From Eledone cirrhosa (taxonomy: Eukaryota), in NCBI GenBank assembly GCA_964016885.1, contig OZ024740.1:26350001-26414000 (forward strand): a stretch of 64,000 nucleotides of DNA, given 5' to 3'. The translations under genes were made by a program, and so were the position numbers. Of this stretch, positions 41,201-56,200 are shown piece after piece; the stretch's first letter is position 1; each line of letters starts with the position of its first letter. The notes under the pieces are model-generated. The model searched no databases, was not told the DNA's origin, and worked only from the letters and a program-made list of their open reading frames with translations.

Positions 41201-44200
41201 CAGTATGGTTGTCATAAAACCAGTACTACAGGAGAACTGCTCATCTCTGTCAATCACCAGTATGGTTGTCATAAACCCAGTACTACATGAGAACTGCTCA
41301 TCTCTGTCAATCACCAGTATGGTTGTCATAAAACCAGTACTACAGGAGAACTGTTCATCTCTGTCAATCACCAGTATGGTTGTCATAAACCCAGTACTAC
41401 AGGAGAACTGATCATCTCTGTCAATCACCAGTATGGTTGTCATAAAACCAGTACTACAGGAGAACTGCTCATCTCTGTCAATCACCAGTATGGTTGTCAT
41501 AAACCCAGTACTACAGGAGAACTGATCATCTCTGTCAATCACCAGGATGGTTGTCATAAACCCAGTACTACAGGAGGACTGCTCATCTCTGTCAATCACC
41601 AGTATGGTTGTCATAAAACCAGTACTACAGGAGAACTGCTCATCTCTGTCAATCACCAGTATGGTTGTCATAAACCCAGTACAATAGGAGAACTGCTCAT
41701 CTCTGTCAATCACCAGTATGGTTGTCATAAAACCAGTACTACAGGAGAACTGATCATCTCTGTCAATCACCAGTATGGTTGTCATAAAACCAGTACTACA
41801 GGAGAACTGCTCATCTCTGTCAATCACCAGTATCGTTGTCATAAACCCTGTACTACAGGAGAACTGATCATCTCTGTCAATCACCAGTATGGTTGTCATA
41901 AACCCAGTACTACAGGAGAACTGATCATCTCTGTCAATCACCAGTATGGTTGTCATAAAACCAGTACTACAGGAGAACTGCTCATCTCTGTCAATCACCA
42001 GTATGGTTGTCATAAAACCAGTACTACAGGAGAACTGCTCATCTCTGCCAATCACCAGTATGGTTGTCATAAAACCAGTACTACAGGAGAACTGGTCATC
42101 TCTGTCAATCACCAGTATGGTTGTCATAAACCCAGTACTACAGAGAACTGCTCATCTCTGTCAATCACCAGTATGATTGTCATAAACCCAGTACTACAGG
42201 AGAACTGGTCATCTCTGTCAATCACCAGTATGGTTGTCATAAAACCAGTACTACAGGAGAACTGCTCATCTCTGTTAATCACAAGTATGGTTGTCATAAA
42301 ACCAGTACTACAGGAGAACGGGTCATCTCCGTCAATCACCAGTATGGTTGTCATAAAACCAGTACTACAGGAGAACTGGTCATCTCTGTCAATCACCAGT
42401 ATGGTTGTCATAAAACCAGTACTACAGGAGAACTGGTCATCTCTGTCAATCACCAGTATGGTTGTCATAAAACCAGTACTACAGGAGAACTGGTCATCTC
42501 TGTCAATCACCAGTATGGTTGTCATAAAACCAGTACTACAGGAGAACTGCTCATCTCTGTCAATCACAAGTATGGTTGTCATAAAACCAGTACTACAGGA
42601 GAACTGGTCATCTCTGTCAATCACCAGTATGGTTGTCATAAACCCAGTACTACAGGAGAACTGGTCATCTCTGTCAATCACCAGTATGGTTGTCATAAAC
42701 CCAGTACTACAGGAGAACTGCTCATCTCTGTCAATCACCAGTATGGTTGTCATAAAACCAGTACTACAGGAGAACTGGTCATCTCTGTCAATCACCAGTA
42801 TGGTTGTCATAAACCCAGTACTACAGGAGAACTAATCATCTCTGTCAATCACCAGTATGGTTGTCATAAAACCAGTACTACAGGAGAACTGCTCGCCTCT
42901 GTCAATCACCAGTATGGTTGTCATAAACCCAGTACTACAGGAGAACTGATCATCTCTGTCAATCACCAGTATGGTTGTCATAAACCCAGTACTACAGGAG
43001 AACTGATCATCTCAGTCAATCACCAGTATGGTTGTCATAAAACCAGTACTACAGGAGAACTGCTCATCTCTGTCAATCACCAGTATGGTTGTCATAAAAC
43101 CAGTACTACAGGAGAACTGGTCATCTCTGTCAATCACCAGTATGGTTGTCATAAAACCAGTACTACAGGAGAACTGCTCATCTCTGTCAATCACCAGTAT
43201 GGTTGTCATAAAACCAGTACTACAGGAGAACTGGTCATCTCTGTCAATCACCAGTATGGTTGTCATAAACCCAGTACTACAGGAGAACTGCTCATCTCTG
43301 TCAATCACCATTATGGTTGTCATAAAACCAGTACTACAGGAGAACTGCTCATCTCTGTCAATCACCAATATGGTTGTCATAAAACCAGTACTACAGGAGA
43401 ACTGCTCATCTCTGTCAATCACCAGTATGGTTGTCATAAACCCAGTACTACAGGAGAACTGCTCATCTCTGTCAATCACCAGTATGGTTGTCATAAACCC
43501 AGTACTACAGGAGAACTGCTCATCTCTGTCAATCACCAGTATGGTTGTCATAAACCCAGTACTACAGGAGAACTGGTCATCTCTGTCAATCACCAGTATG
43601 GCTGTCATAAACCCAGTACTACAGGAGAACTGGTCATCTCTGTCAATCACCAGTATGGTTGTCATAAACCCAGTACTACAGGAGAACTGGTCATCTCTGT
43701 TAATCACCAGTATGGTTGTCAGAAAACCAGTACTACAGGAGAACTGCTCATCTCTCTCAATCACCAGTATGGTTGTCATAAAACCAGTACTACAGGAGAA
43801 CTGGTCATCTCTGTCAATCACCAGTATGGTTGTCATAAAACCAGTACTACAGGAGAACTAGTCATCTCTGTCAATCACCAGTATGGTTGTCATAAAACCA
43901 GTACTACAGGAGAACTGCTCATCTCTGTCAATCACCAGTATGGTTGTCATAAAACCAGTACTACAGGAGAACTGGTCATCTCTGTCAATCATCAGTATGG
44001 TTGTCATAAAACCAGTACTACAGGAGAACTGGTCATCTCTGTCAATCATCAGTATGGTTGTCATAAAACCAGTACTACAGGAGAACTGGTCATCTCTGTC
44101 AATCACCATGATGGTTGTCATGAACCCAGTACTACAGGAGAACTCCTCATCTCTGTCAATCACCAGTATGGTTGTCATAAAACGAGTACTACAGGAGAAC

Positions 44201-47200
44201 TGCTCATCTCTGTCAATCACCAGTATGGTTGTCATAAAACCAGTACTACATGAGAACTGCTCATCTCTGTCAATCACCAGTATGGTTGTCATAAACCCAG
44301 TACTACAGGAGAACTGCTCATCTCTGTCAATCACCAGTATGGTTGTCATAAAACCAGTACTACAGGAGAACTGTTCATCTCTGTCAATCACCAGTATGGT
44401 TGTCATAAACCCAGTACTACAGGAGAACTGATCATCTCTGTCAATCACCAGTATGGTTGTCATAAAACCAGTACTACAGGAGAACTGCTCATCTCTGTCA
44501 ATCACCAGTATCGTTGTCATAAACCCAGTACTACAGGAGAACTGATCATCTCTGTCAATCACCAGTATGGTTGTCATAAACCCAGTACTACAGGAGAACT
44601 GATCATCTCTGTCAATCACCAGTATGGTTGTCATAAAACCAGTACTACAGGAGAACTGGTCATCTCTGTCAATCACCAGTATGGTTGTCATAAACCCAGT
44701 ACTACAGGAGAACTGCTCATCTCTGTCAATCACCATTATGGTTGTCATAAAACCAGTACTACAGGAGAACTGCTCATCTCTGTCAATCACCAATATGGTT
44801 GTCATAAAACCAGTACTACAGGAGAACTGCTCATCTCTGTCAATCACCAGTATGGTTGTCATAAAACCAGTACTACAGGAGAACTGCTCATCTCTGTCAA
44901 TCACCAGTATGGTTGTCATAAAACCAGTACTACAGGAGAACTGGTCATCTCTGTCAATCACCAGTATGGTTGTCATAAAACCAGTACTACAGGAGAACTG
45001 GTCATCTCTGTCAATCACCAGTATGGTTGTCATAAAACCAGTACTACAGGAGAACTGGTCATCACTGTCAATCACCAGTATGGTTGTCATAAAACCAGTA
45101 CTACAGGAGAACTGCTCATCTCTGTCAATCACCAGTATGGTTGTCATAAAATCAGTACTACAGGAGAACTGGTCATCTCTGTCAATCACCAGTATGGTTG
45201 TCATGAACCCAGTACTACAGGAGAACTCCTCATCTCTGTCAATCACCAGTATGGTTGTCATAAAACCAGTACTACAGGAGAACTGGTCATCTCTGTCAAT
45301 CACCAGTATGGTTGTCATAAAACCAGTACTACAGGAGAACTGGTCATCTCTGTCAATCACCAGTATGGTTGTCATAAAACCAGTACTACAGGAGAACTGG
45401 TCATCTCTGTCAATCACCAGTATGGTTGTTATAAAATCAGTACTACAGGAGAACTGCTCATCTCTGTCTAATCACCAGTATGGTTGTCATAAAACCAGTA
45501 CTACAGGAGAACTGCTCATCTCTGTCAATCACCAGTATGGTTGTCATAAAACCAGTACTACAGGAGAACTGCTCATCTCTGTCAATCACCAGTATGGTTG
45601 TCATAAAACCAGTACTACAGGAGAACTGGTCATCTCTGTCAATCACCAGTATGGTTGTCATAAAACCAGTACTACAGGAGAACTGCTCATCTCTGTCAAT
45701 CAACAGTATGGTTGTCATAAAACCAGTACTACAGGAGAACTGCTCATCTCTGTCAATCACCAGTATGGTTGTCATAAACCCAGTACTACATGAGAACTGC
45801 TCATCTCTGTCAATCACCAGTATGGTTGTCATAAAACCAGTACTACAGGAGAACTGTTCATCTCTGTCAATCACCAGTATGGTTGTCATAAACCCAGTAC
45901 TACAGGAGAACTGATCATCTCTGTCAATCACCAGTATGGTTGTCATAAAACCAGTACTACAGGAGAACTGCTCATCTCTGTCAATCACCAGTATGGTTGT
46001 CATAAACCCAGTACTACAGGAGAACTGATCATCTCTGTCAATCACCAGGATGGTTGTCATAAACCCAGTACTACAGGAGGACTGCTCATCTCTGTCAATC
46101 ACCAGTATGGTTGTCATAAAACCAGTACTACAGGAGAACTGCTCATCTCTGTCAATCACCAGTATGGTTGTCATAAACCCAGTACAATAGGAGAACTGCT
46201 CATCTCTGTCAATCACCAGTATGGTTGTCATAAAACCAGTACTACAGGAGAACTGATCATCTCTGTCAATCACCAGTATGGTTGTCATAAAACCAGTACT
46301 ACAGGAGAACTGCTCATCTCTGTCAATCACCAGTATCGTTGTCATAAACCCTGTACTACAGGAGAACTGATCATCTCTGTCAATCACCAGTATGGTTGTC
46401 ATAAACCCAGTACTACAGGAGAACTGATCATCTCTGTCAATCACCAGTATGGTTGTCATAAAACCAGTACTACAGGAGAACTGCTCATCTCTGTCAATCA
46501 CCAGTATGGTTGTCATAAAACCAGTACTACAGGAGAACTGCTCATCTCTGCCAATCACCAGTATGGTTGTCATAAAACCAGTACTACAGGAGAACTGGTC
46601 ATCTCTGTCAATCACCAGTATGGTTGTCATAAACCCAGTACTACAGAGAACTGCTCATCTCTGTCAATCACCAGTATGATTGTCATAAACCCAGTACTAC
46701 AGGAGAACTGGTCATCTCTGTCAATCACCAGTATGGTTGTCATAAAACCAGTACTACAGGAGAACTGCTCATCTCTGTTAATCACAAGTATGGTTGTCAT
46801 AAAACCAGTACTACAGGAGAACGGGTCATCTCCGTCAATCACCAGTATGGTTGTCATAAAACCAGTACTACAGGAGAACTGGTCATCTCTGTCAATCACC
46901 AGTATGGTTGTCATAAAACCAGTACTACAGGAGAACTGGTCATCTCTGTCAATCACCAGTATGGTTGTCATAAAACCAGTACTACAGGAGAACTGGTCAT
47001 CTCTGTCAATCACCAGTATGGTTGTCATAAAACCAGTACTACAGGAGAACTGCTCATCTCTGTCAATCACAAGTATGGTTGTCATAAAACCAGTACTACA
47101 GGAGAACTGGTCATCTCTGTCAATCACCAGTATGGTTGTCATAAACCCAGTACTACAGGAGAACTGGTCATCTCTGTCAATCACCAGTATGGTTGTCATA

Positions 47201-50200
47201 AACCCAGTACTACAGGAGAACTGCTCATCTCTGTCAATCACCAGTATGGTTGTCATAAAACCAGTACTACAGGAGAACTGGTCATCTCTGTCAATCACCA
47301 GTATGGTTGTCATAAACCCAGTACTACAGGAGAACTAATCATCTCTGTCAATCACCAGTATGGTTGTCATAAAACCAGTACTACAGGAGAACTGCTCGCC
47401 TCTGTCAATCACCAGTATGGTTGTCATAAACCCAGTACTACAGGAGAACTGATCATCTCTGTCAATCACCAGTATGGTTGTCATAAACCCAGTACTACAG
47501 GAGAACTGATCATCTCAGTCAATCACCAGTATGGTTGTCATAAAACCAGTACTACAGGAGAACTGCTCATCTCTGTCAATCACCAGTATGGTTGTCATAA
47601 AACCAGTACTACAGGAGAACTGGTCATCTCTGTCAATCACCAGTATGGTTGTCATAAAACCAGTACTACAGGAGAACTGCTCATCTCTGTCAATCACCAG
47701 TATGGTTGTCATAAAACCAGTACTACAGGAGAACTGGTCATCTCTGTCAATCACCAGTATGGTTGTCATAAACCCAGTACTACAGGAGAACTGCTCATCT
47801 CTGTCAATCACCATTATGGTTGTCATAAAACCAGTACTACAGGAGAACTGCTCATCTCTGTCAATCACCAATATGGTTGTCATAAAACCAGTACTACAGG
47901 AGAACTGCTCATCTCTGTCAATCACCAGTATGGTTGTCATAAACCCAGTACTACAGGAGAACTGCTCATCTCTGTCAATCACCAGTATGGTTGTCATAAA
48001 CCCAGTACTACAGGAGAACTGCTCATCTCTGTCAATCACCAGTATGGTTGTCATAAACCCAGTACTACAGGAGAACTGGTCATCTCTGTCAATCACCAGT
48101 ATGGCTGTCATAAACCCAGTACTACAGGAGAACTGGTCATCTCTGTCAATCACCAGTATGGTTGTCATAAACCCAGTACTACAGGAGAACTGGTCATCTC
48201 TGTTAATCACCAGTATGGTTGTCAGAAAACCAGTACTACAGGAGAACTGCTCATCTCTCTCAATCACCAGTATGGTTGTCATAAAACCAGTACTACAGGA
48301 GAACTGGTCATCTCTGTCAATCACCAGTATGGTTGTCATAAAACCAGTACTACAGGAGAACTAGTCATCTCTGTCAATCACCAGTATGGTTGTCATAAAA
48401 CCAGTACTACAGGAGAACTGCTCATCTCTGTCAATCACCAGTATGGTTGTCATAAAACCAGTACTACAGGAGAACTGGTCATCTCTGTCAATCATCAGTA
48501 TGGTTGTCATAAAACCAGTACTACAGGAGAACTGGTCATCTCTGTCAATCATCAGTATGGTTGTCATAAAACCAGTACTACAGGAGAACTGGTCATCTCT
48601 GTCAATCACCATGATGGTTGTCATGAACCCAGTACTACAGGAGAACTCCTCATCTCTGTCAATCACCAGTATGGTTGTCATAAAACGAGTACTACAGGAG
48701 AACTGCTCATCTCTGTCAATCACCAGTATGGTTGTCATAAAACCAGTACTACATGAGAACTGCTCATCTCTGTCAATCACCAGTATGGTTGTCATAAACC
48801 CAGTACTACAGGAGAACTGCTCATCTCTGTCAATCACCAGTATGGTTGTCATAAAACCAGTACTACAGGAGAACTGTTCATCTCTGTCAATCACCAGTAT
48901 GGTTGTCATAAACCCAGTACTACAGGAGAACTGATCATCTCTGTCAATCACCAGTATGGTTGTCATAAAACCAGTACTACAGGAGAACTGCTCATCTCTG
49001 TCAATCACCAGTATCGTTGTCATAAACCCAGTACTACAGGAGAACTGATCATCTCTGTCAATCACCAGTATGGTTGTCATAAACCCAGTACTACAGGAGA
49101 ACTGATCATCTCTGTCAATCACCAGTATGGTTGTCATAAAACCAGTACTACAGGAGAACTGGTCATCTCTGTCAATCACCAGTATGGTTGTCATAAACCC
49201 AGTACTACAGGAGAACTGCTCATCTCTGTCAATCACCATTATGGTTGTCATAAAACCAGTACTACAGGAGAACTGCTCATCTCTGTCAATCACCAATATG
49301 GTTGTCATAAAACCAGTACTACAGGAGAACTGCTCATCTCTGTCAATCACCAGTATGGTTGTCATAAACCCAGTACTACAGGAGAACTGCTCATCTCTGT
49401 CAATCACCAGTATGGTTGTCATAAACCCAGTACTACAGGAGAACTGCTCATCTCTGTCAATCACCAGTATGGTTGTCATAAACCCAGTACTACAGGAGAA
49501 CTGGTCATCTCTGTCAATCACCAGTATGGCTGTCATAAACCCAGTACTACAGGAGAACTGGTCATCTCTGTCAATCACCAGTATGGTTGTCATAAACCCA
49601 GTACTACAGGAGAACTGGTCATCTCTGTTAATCACCAGTATGGTTGTCAGAAAACCAGTACTACAGGAGAACTGCTCATCTCTCTCAATCACCAGTATGG
49701 TTGTCATAAAACCAGTACTACAGGAGAACTGGTCATCTCTGTCAATCACCAGTATGGTTGTCATAAAACCAGTACTACAGGAGAACTAGTCATCTCTGTC
49801 AATCACCAGTATGGTTGTCATAAAACCAGTACTACAGGAGAACTGCTCATCTCTGTCAATCACCAGTATGGTTGTCATAAAACCAGTACTACAGGAGAAC
49901 TGGTCATCTCTGTCAATCATCAGTATGGTTGTCATAAAACCAGTACTACAGGAGAACTGGTCATCTCTGTCAATCATCAGTATGGTTGTCATAAAACCAG
50001 TACTACAGGAGAACTGGTCATCTCTGTCAATCACCATGATGGTTGTCATGAACCCAGTACTACAGGAGAACTCCTCATCTCTGTCAATCACCAGTATGGT
50101 TGTCATAAAACGAGTACTACAGGAGAACTGCTCATCTCTGTCAATCACCAGTATGGTTGTCATAAAACCAGTACTACATGAGAACTGCTCATCTCTGTCA

Positions 50201-53200
50201 ATCACCAGTATGGTTGTCATAAACCCAGTACTACAGGAGAACTGCTCATCTCTGTCAATCACCAGTATGGTTGTCATAAAACCAGTACTACAGGAGAACT
50301 GTTCATCTCTGTCAATCACCAGTATGGTTGTCATAAACCCAGTACTACAGGAGAACTGATCATCTCTGTCAATCACCAGTATGGTTGTCATAAAACCAGT
50401 ACTACAGGAGAACTGCTCATCTCTGTCAATCACCAGTATCGTTGTCATAAACCCAGTACTACAGGAGAACTGATCATCTCTGTCAATCACCAGTATGGTT
50501 GTCATAAACCCAGTACTACAGGAGAACTGATCATCTCTGTCAATCACCAGTATGGTTGTCATAAAACCAGTACTACAGGAGAACTGCTCATCTCTGTCAA
50601 TCACCAGTATGGTTGTCATAAAACCAGTACTACAGGAGAACTGCTCATCTCTGCCAATCACCAGTATGGTTGTCATAAAACCAGTACTACAGGAGAACTG
50701 GTCATCTCTGTCAATCACCAGTATGGTTGTCATAAACCCAGTACTACAGAGAACTGCTCATCTCTGTCAATCACCAGTATGATTGTCATAAACCCAGTAC
50801 TACAGGAGAACTGGTCATCTCTGTCAATCACCAGTATGGTTGTCATAAAACCAGTACTACAGGAGAACTGCTCATCTCTGTTAATCACCAGTATGGTTGT
50901 CATAAAACCAGTACTACAGGAGAACTGGTCATCTCTGTCAATCACCAGTATGGTTGTCATAAAACCAGTACTACAGGAGAACTGGTCATCTCTGTCAATC
51001 ACCAGTATGGTTGTCATAAAACCAGTACTACAGGAGAACTGGTCATCTCTGTCAATCACCAGTATGGTTGTCATAAAACCAGTACTACAGGAGAACTGGT
51101 CATCTCTGTCAATCACCAGTATGGTTGTCATAAAACCAGTACTACAGGAGAACTGGTCATCACTGTCAATCACCAGTATGGTTGTCATAAAACCAGTACT
51201 ACAGGAGAACTGCTCATCTCTGTCAATCACCAGTATGGTTGTCATAAAATCAGTACTACAGGAGAACTGGTCATCTCTGTCAATCACCAGTATGGTTGTC
51301 ATGAACCCAGTACTACAGGAGAACTCCTCATCTCTGTCAATCACCAGTATGGTTGTCATAAAACCAGTACTACAGGAGAACTGCTCATCTCTGTCAATCA
51401 CCAGTATGGTTGTCATAAAACCAGTACTACAGGAGAACTGCTCATCTCTGTCAATCACCAGTATGGTTGTCATAAACCCAGTACTACAGGAGAACTGCTC
51501 ATCTCTGTCAATCACCAGTATGGTTGTCATAAAACCAGTACTACAGGAGAACTGTTCATCTCTGTCAATCACCAGTATGGTTGTCATAAACCCAGTACTA
51601 CAGGAGAACTGATCATCTCTGTCAATCACCAGTATGGTTGTCATAAAACCAGTACTACAGGAGAACTGCTCATCTCTGTCAATCACCAGTATGGTTGTCA
51701 TAAACCCAGTACTACAGGAGAACTGATCATCTCTGTCAATCACCAGGATGGTTGTCAGAAACCCAGTACTACAGGAGAACTGCTCATCTCTGTCAATCAC
51801 CAGTATGGTTGTCATAAAACCAGTACTACAGGAGAACTGCTCATCTCTGTCAATCACCAGTATGGTTGTCATAAACCCAGTACAATAGGAGAACTGCTCA
51901 TCTCTGTCAATCACCAGTATGGTTGTCATAAAACCAGTACTACAGGAGAACTGATCATCTCTGTCAATCACCAGTATGGTTGTCATAAAACCAGTACTAC
52001 AGGAGAACTGCTCATCTCTGTCAATCACCAGTATCGTTGTCATAAACCCAGTACTACAGGAGAACTGATCATCTCTGTCAATCACCAGTATGGTTGTCAT
52101 AAACCCAGTACTACAGGAGAACTGATCATCTCTGTCAATCACCAGTATGGTTGTCATAAAACCAGTACTACAGGAGAACTGCTCATCTCTGTCAATCACC
52201 AGTATGGTTGTCATAAAACCAGTACTACAGGAGAACTGCTCATCTCTGCCAATCACCAGTATGGTTGTCATAAAACCAGTACTACAGGAGAACTGGTCAT
52301 CTCTGTCAATCACCAGTATGGTTGTCATAAACCCAGTACTACAGAGAACTGCTCATCTCTGTCAATCACCAGTATGATTGTCATAAACCCAGTACTACAG
52401 GAGAACTGGTCATCTCTGTCAATCACCAGTATGGTTGTCATAAAACCAGTACTACAGGAGAACTGCTCATCTCTGTTAATCACCAGTATGGTTGTCATAA
52501 AACCAGTACTACAGGAGAACTGGTCATCTCTGTCAATCACCAGTATGGTTGTCATAAAACCAGTACTACAGGAGAACTGGTCATCTCTGTCAATCACCAG
52601 TATGGTTGTCATAAAACCAGTACTACAGGAGAACTGGTCATCTCTGTCAATCACCAGTATGGTTGTCATAAAACCAGTACTACAGGAGAACTGGTCATCT
52701 CTGTCAATCACCAGTATGGTTGTCATAAAACCAGTACTACAGGAGAACTGCTCATCTCTGTCAATCACAAGTATGGTTGTCATAAAACCAGTACTACAGG
52801 AGAACTGGTCATCTCTGTCAATCACCAGTATGGTTGTCATAAACCCAGTACTACAGGAGAACTGCTCATCTCTGTCAATCACCAGTATGGTTGTCATAAA
52901 CCCAGTACTACAGGAGAACTGGTCATCTCTGTCAATCACCAGTATGGTTGTCATGAACCCAGTACTACAGGAGAACTCCTCATCTCTGTCAATCACCAGT
53001 ATGGTTGTCATAAAACCAGTACTACAGGAGAACTGCTCATCTCTGTCAATCACCAGTATGGTTGTCATAAAACCAGTACTACAGGAGAACTGCTCATCTC
53101 TGTCAATCACCAGTATGGTTGTCATAAACCCAGTACTACAGGAGAACTGCTCATCTCTGTCAATCACCAGTATGGTTGTCATAAAACCAGTACTACAGGA

Positions 53201-56200
53201 GAACTGTTCATCTCTGTCAATCACCAGTATGGTTGTCATAAACCCAGTACTACAGGAGAACTGATCATCTCTGTCAATCACCAGTATGGTTGTCATAAAA
53301 CCAGTACTACAGGAGAACTGCTCATCTCTGTCAATCACCAGTATCGTTGTCATAAACCCAGTACTACAGGAGAACTGATCATCTCTGTCAATCACCAGTA
53401 TGGTTGTCATAAACCCAGTACTACAGGAGAACTGATCATCTCTGTCAATCACCAGTATGGTTGTCATAAAACCAGTACTACAGGAGAACTGCTCATCTCA
53501 GTCAATCACCAGTATGGTTGTCATAAAACCAGTACTACAGGAGAACTGCTCATCTCTGCCAATCACCAGTATGGTTGTCATAAAACCAGTACTACAGGAG
53601 AACTGGTCATCTCTGTCAATCACCAGTATGGTTGTCATAAACCCAGTACTACAGAGAACTGCTCATCTCTGTCAATCACCAGTATGGTTGTCATAAAACC
53701 AGTACTACAGGAGAACTGGTCATCTCTGTCAATCACCAGTATGGTTGTCATAAAACCAGTACTACAGGAGAACTGGTCATCTCTGTCAATCACCAGTATG
53801 GTTGTCATAAACCCAGTACTACAGGAGAACTGCTCATCTCTGTCAATCACCATTATGGTTGTCATAAAACCAGTACTACAGGAGAACTGCTCATCTCTGT
53901 CAATCACCAATATGGTTGTCATAAAACCAGTACTACAGGAGAACTGCTCATCTCTGTCAATCACCAGTATGGTTGTCATAAACCCAGTACTACAGGAGAA
54001 CTGCTCATCTCTGTCAATCACCAGTATGGTTGTCATAAACCCAGTACTACAGGAGAACTGCTCATCTCTGTCAATCACCAGTATGGTTGACATAAACCCA
54101 GTACTACAGGAGAACTGGTCATCTCCGTCAATCACCAGTATGGTTGTCATAAACCCAGTACTACAGGAGAGCTGGTCATCTCTGTCAATCACCAGTATGG
54201 TTGTCATAAACCCAGTACTACAGGAGAACTGGTCATCTCTGTTAATCACCAGTATGGTTGTCATAAACCCAGTACTACAGGAGAACTGCTCATCTCTGTC
54301 AATCACCAGTATGGTTGTCATAAAACCAGTACTACAGGAGAACTGGTCATCTCTGTCAATCACCAGTATGGTTGTCATAAAACCAGTACTACAGGAGAAC
54401 TAGTCATCTCTGTCAATCACCAGTATGGCTGTCATAAAACCAGTACTACAGGAGAACTGCTCATCTCTGTCAATCACCAGTATGGTTGTCATAAAACCAG
54501 TACTACAGGAGAACTGGTCATCTATGTCAATCACCAGTATGGTTGTCATAAAACCAGTACTACAGGAGAACTGCTCATCTCTGTCAATCACCAGTATGGT
54601 TGTCATAAAATCAGTACTACAGGAGAACTGGTCATCTCTGTCAATCACCAGTATGGTTGTCATGAACCCAGTACTACAGGAGAACTCCTCATCTCTGTCA
54701 ATCACCAGTATGGTTGTCATAAAACCAGTACTACAGGAGAACTGCTCATCTCTGTCAATCACCAGTATGGTTGTCATAAACCCAGTACTACAGGAGAACT
54801 GCTCATCTCTGTCATTCACCAGTATGGTTGTCATAAACCCAGTACTACAGGAGAACTGCTCATCTCTGTCAATCACCAGTATGGTTGTCATAAAACCAGT
54901 ACTACAGGAGAACTGGTCATCTCTGTCAATCACCAGTATGGTTGTCATAAACCCAGTACTACAGGAGAACTGATCATCTCTGTCAATCACCAGTATGGTT
55001 GTCATAAAACCAGTACTACAGGAGAACTGCTCATCTCTGTCTATCACCAGTATGGTTGTCATAAACCCAGTACAATAGGAGAACTGCTCATCTCTGTCAA
55101 TCACCAGTATGGTTGTCATAAAACCAGTACTACAGGAGAACTGATCATCTCTGTCAATCACCAGTATGGTTGTCATAAAATCAGTACTACAGGAGAACTG
55201 GTCATCTCTGTCAATCACCAGTATGGTTGTCATGAACCCAGTACTACAGGAGAACTCCTCATCTCTGTCAATCACCAGTATGGTTGTCATAAAACCAGTA
55301 CTACAGGAGAACTGCTCATCTCTGTCAATCACCAGTATGGTTGTCATAAAACCAGTACTACAGGAGAACTGCTCATCTCTGTCAATCACCAGTATGGTTG
55401 TCATAAACCCAGTACTACAGGAGAACTGCTCATCTCTGTCAATCACCAGTATGGTTGTCATAAAACCAGTACTACAGGAGAACTGTTCATCTCTGTCAAT
55501 CACCAGTATGGTTGTCATAAACCCAGTACTACAGGAGAACTGATCATCTCTGTCAATCACCAGTATGGTTGTCATAAAACCAGTACTACAGGAGAACTGC
55601 TCATCTCTGTCAATCACCAGTATGGTTGTCATAAACCCAGTACTACAGGAGAACTGATCATCTCTGTCAATCACCAGGATGGTTGTCATAAACCCAGTAC
55701 TACAGGAGAACTGCTCATCTCTGTCAATCACCAGTATGGTTGTCATAAAACCAGTACTACAGGAGAACTGCTCATCTCTGTCAATCACCAGTATGGTTGT
55801 CATAAACCCAGTACAATAGGAGAACTGCTCATCTCTGTCAATCACCAGTATGGTTGTCATAAAACCAGTACTACAGGAGAACTGATCATCTCTGTCAATC
55901 ACCAGTATGGTTGTCATAAAACCAGTACTACAGGAGAACTGCTCATCTCTGTCAATCACCAGTATGGTTGTCATAAACCCAGTACTACATGAGAACTGCT
56001 CATCTCTGTCAATCACCAGTATGGTTGTCATAAAACCAGTACTACAGGAGAACTGTTCATCTCTGTCAATCACCAGTATGGTTGTCATAAACCCAGTACT
56101 ACAGGAGAACTGATCATCTCTGTCAATCACCAGTATGGTTGTCATAAAACCAGTACTACAGGAGAACTGCTCATCTCTGTCAATCACCAGTATGGTTGTC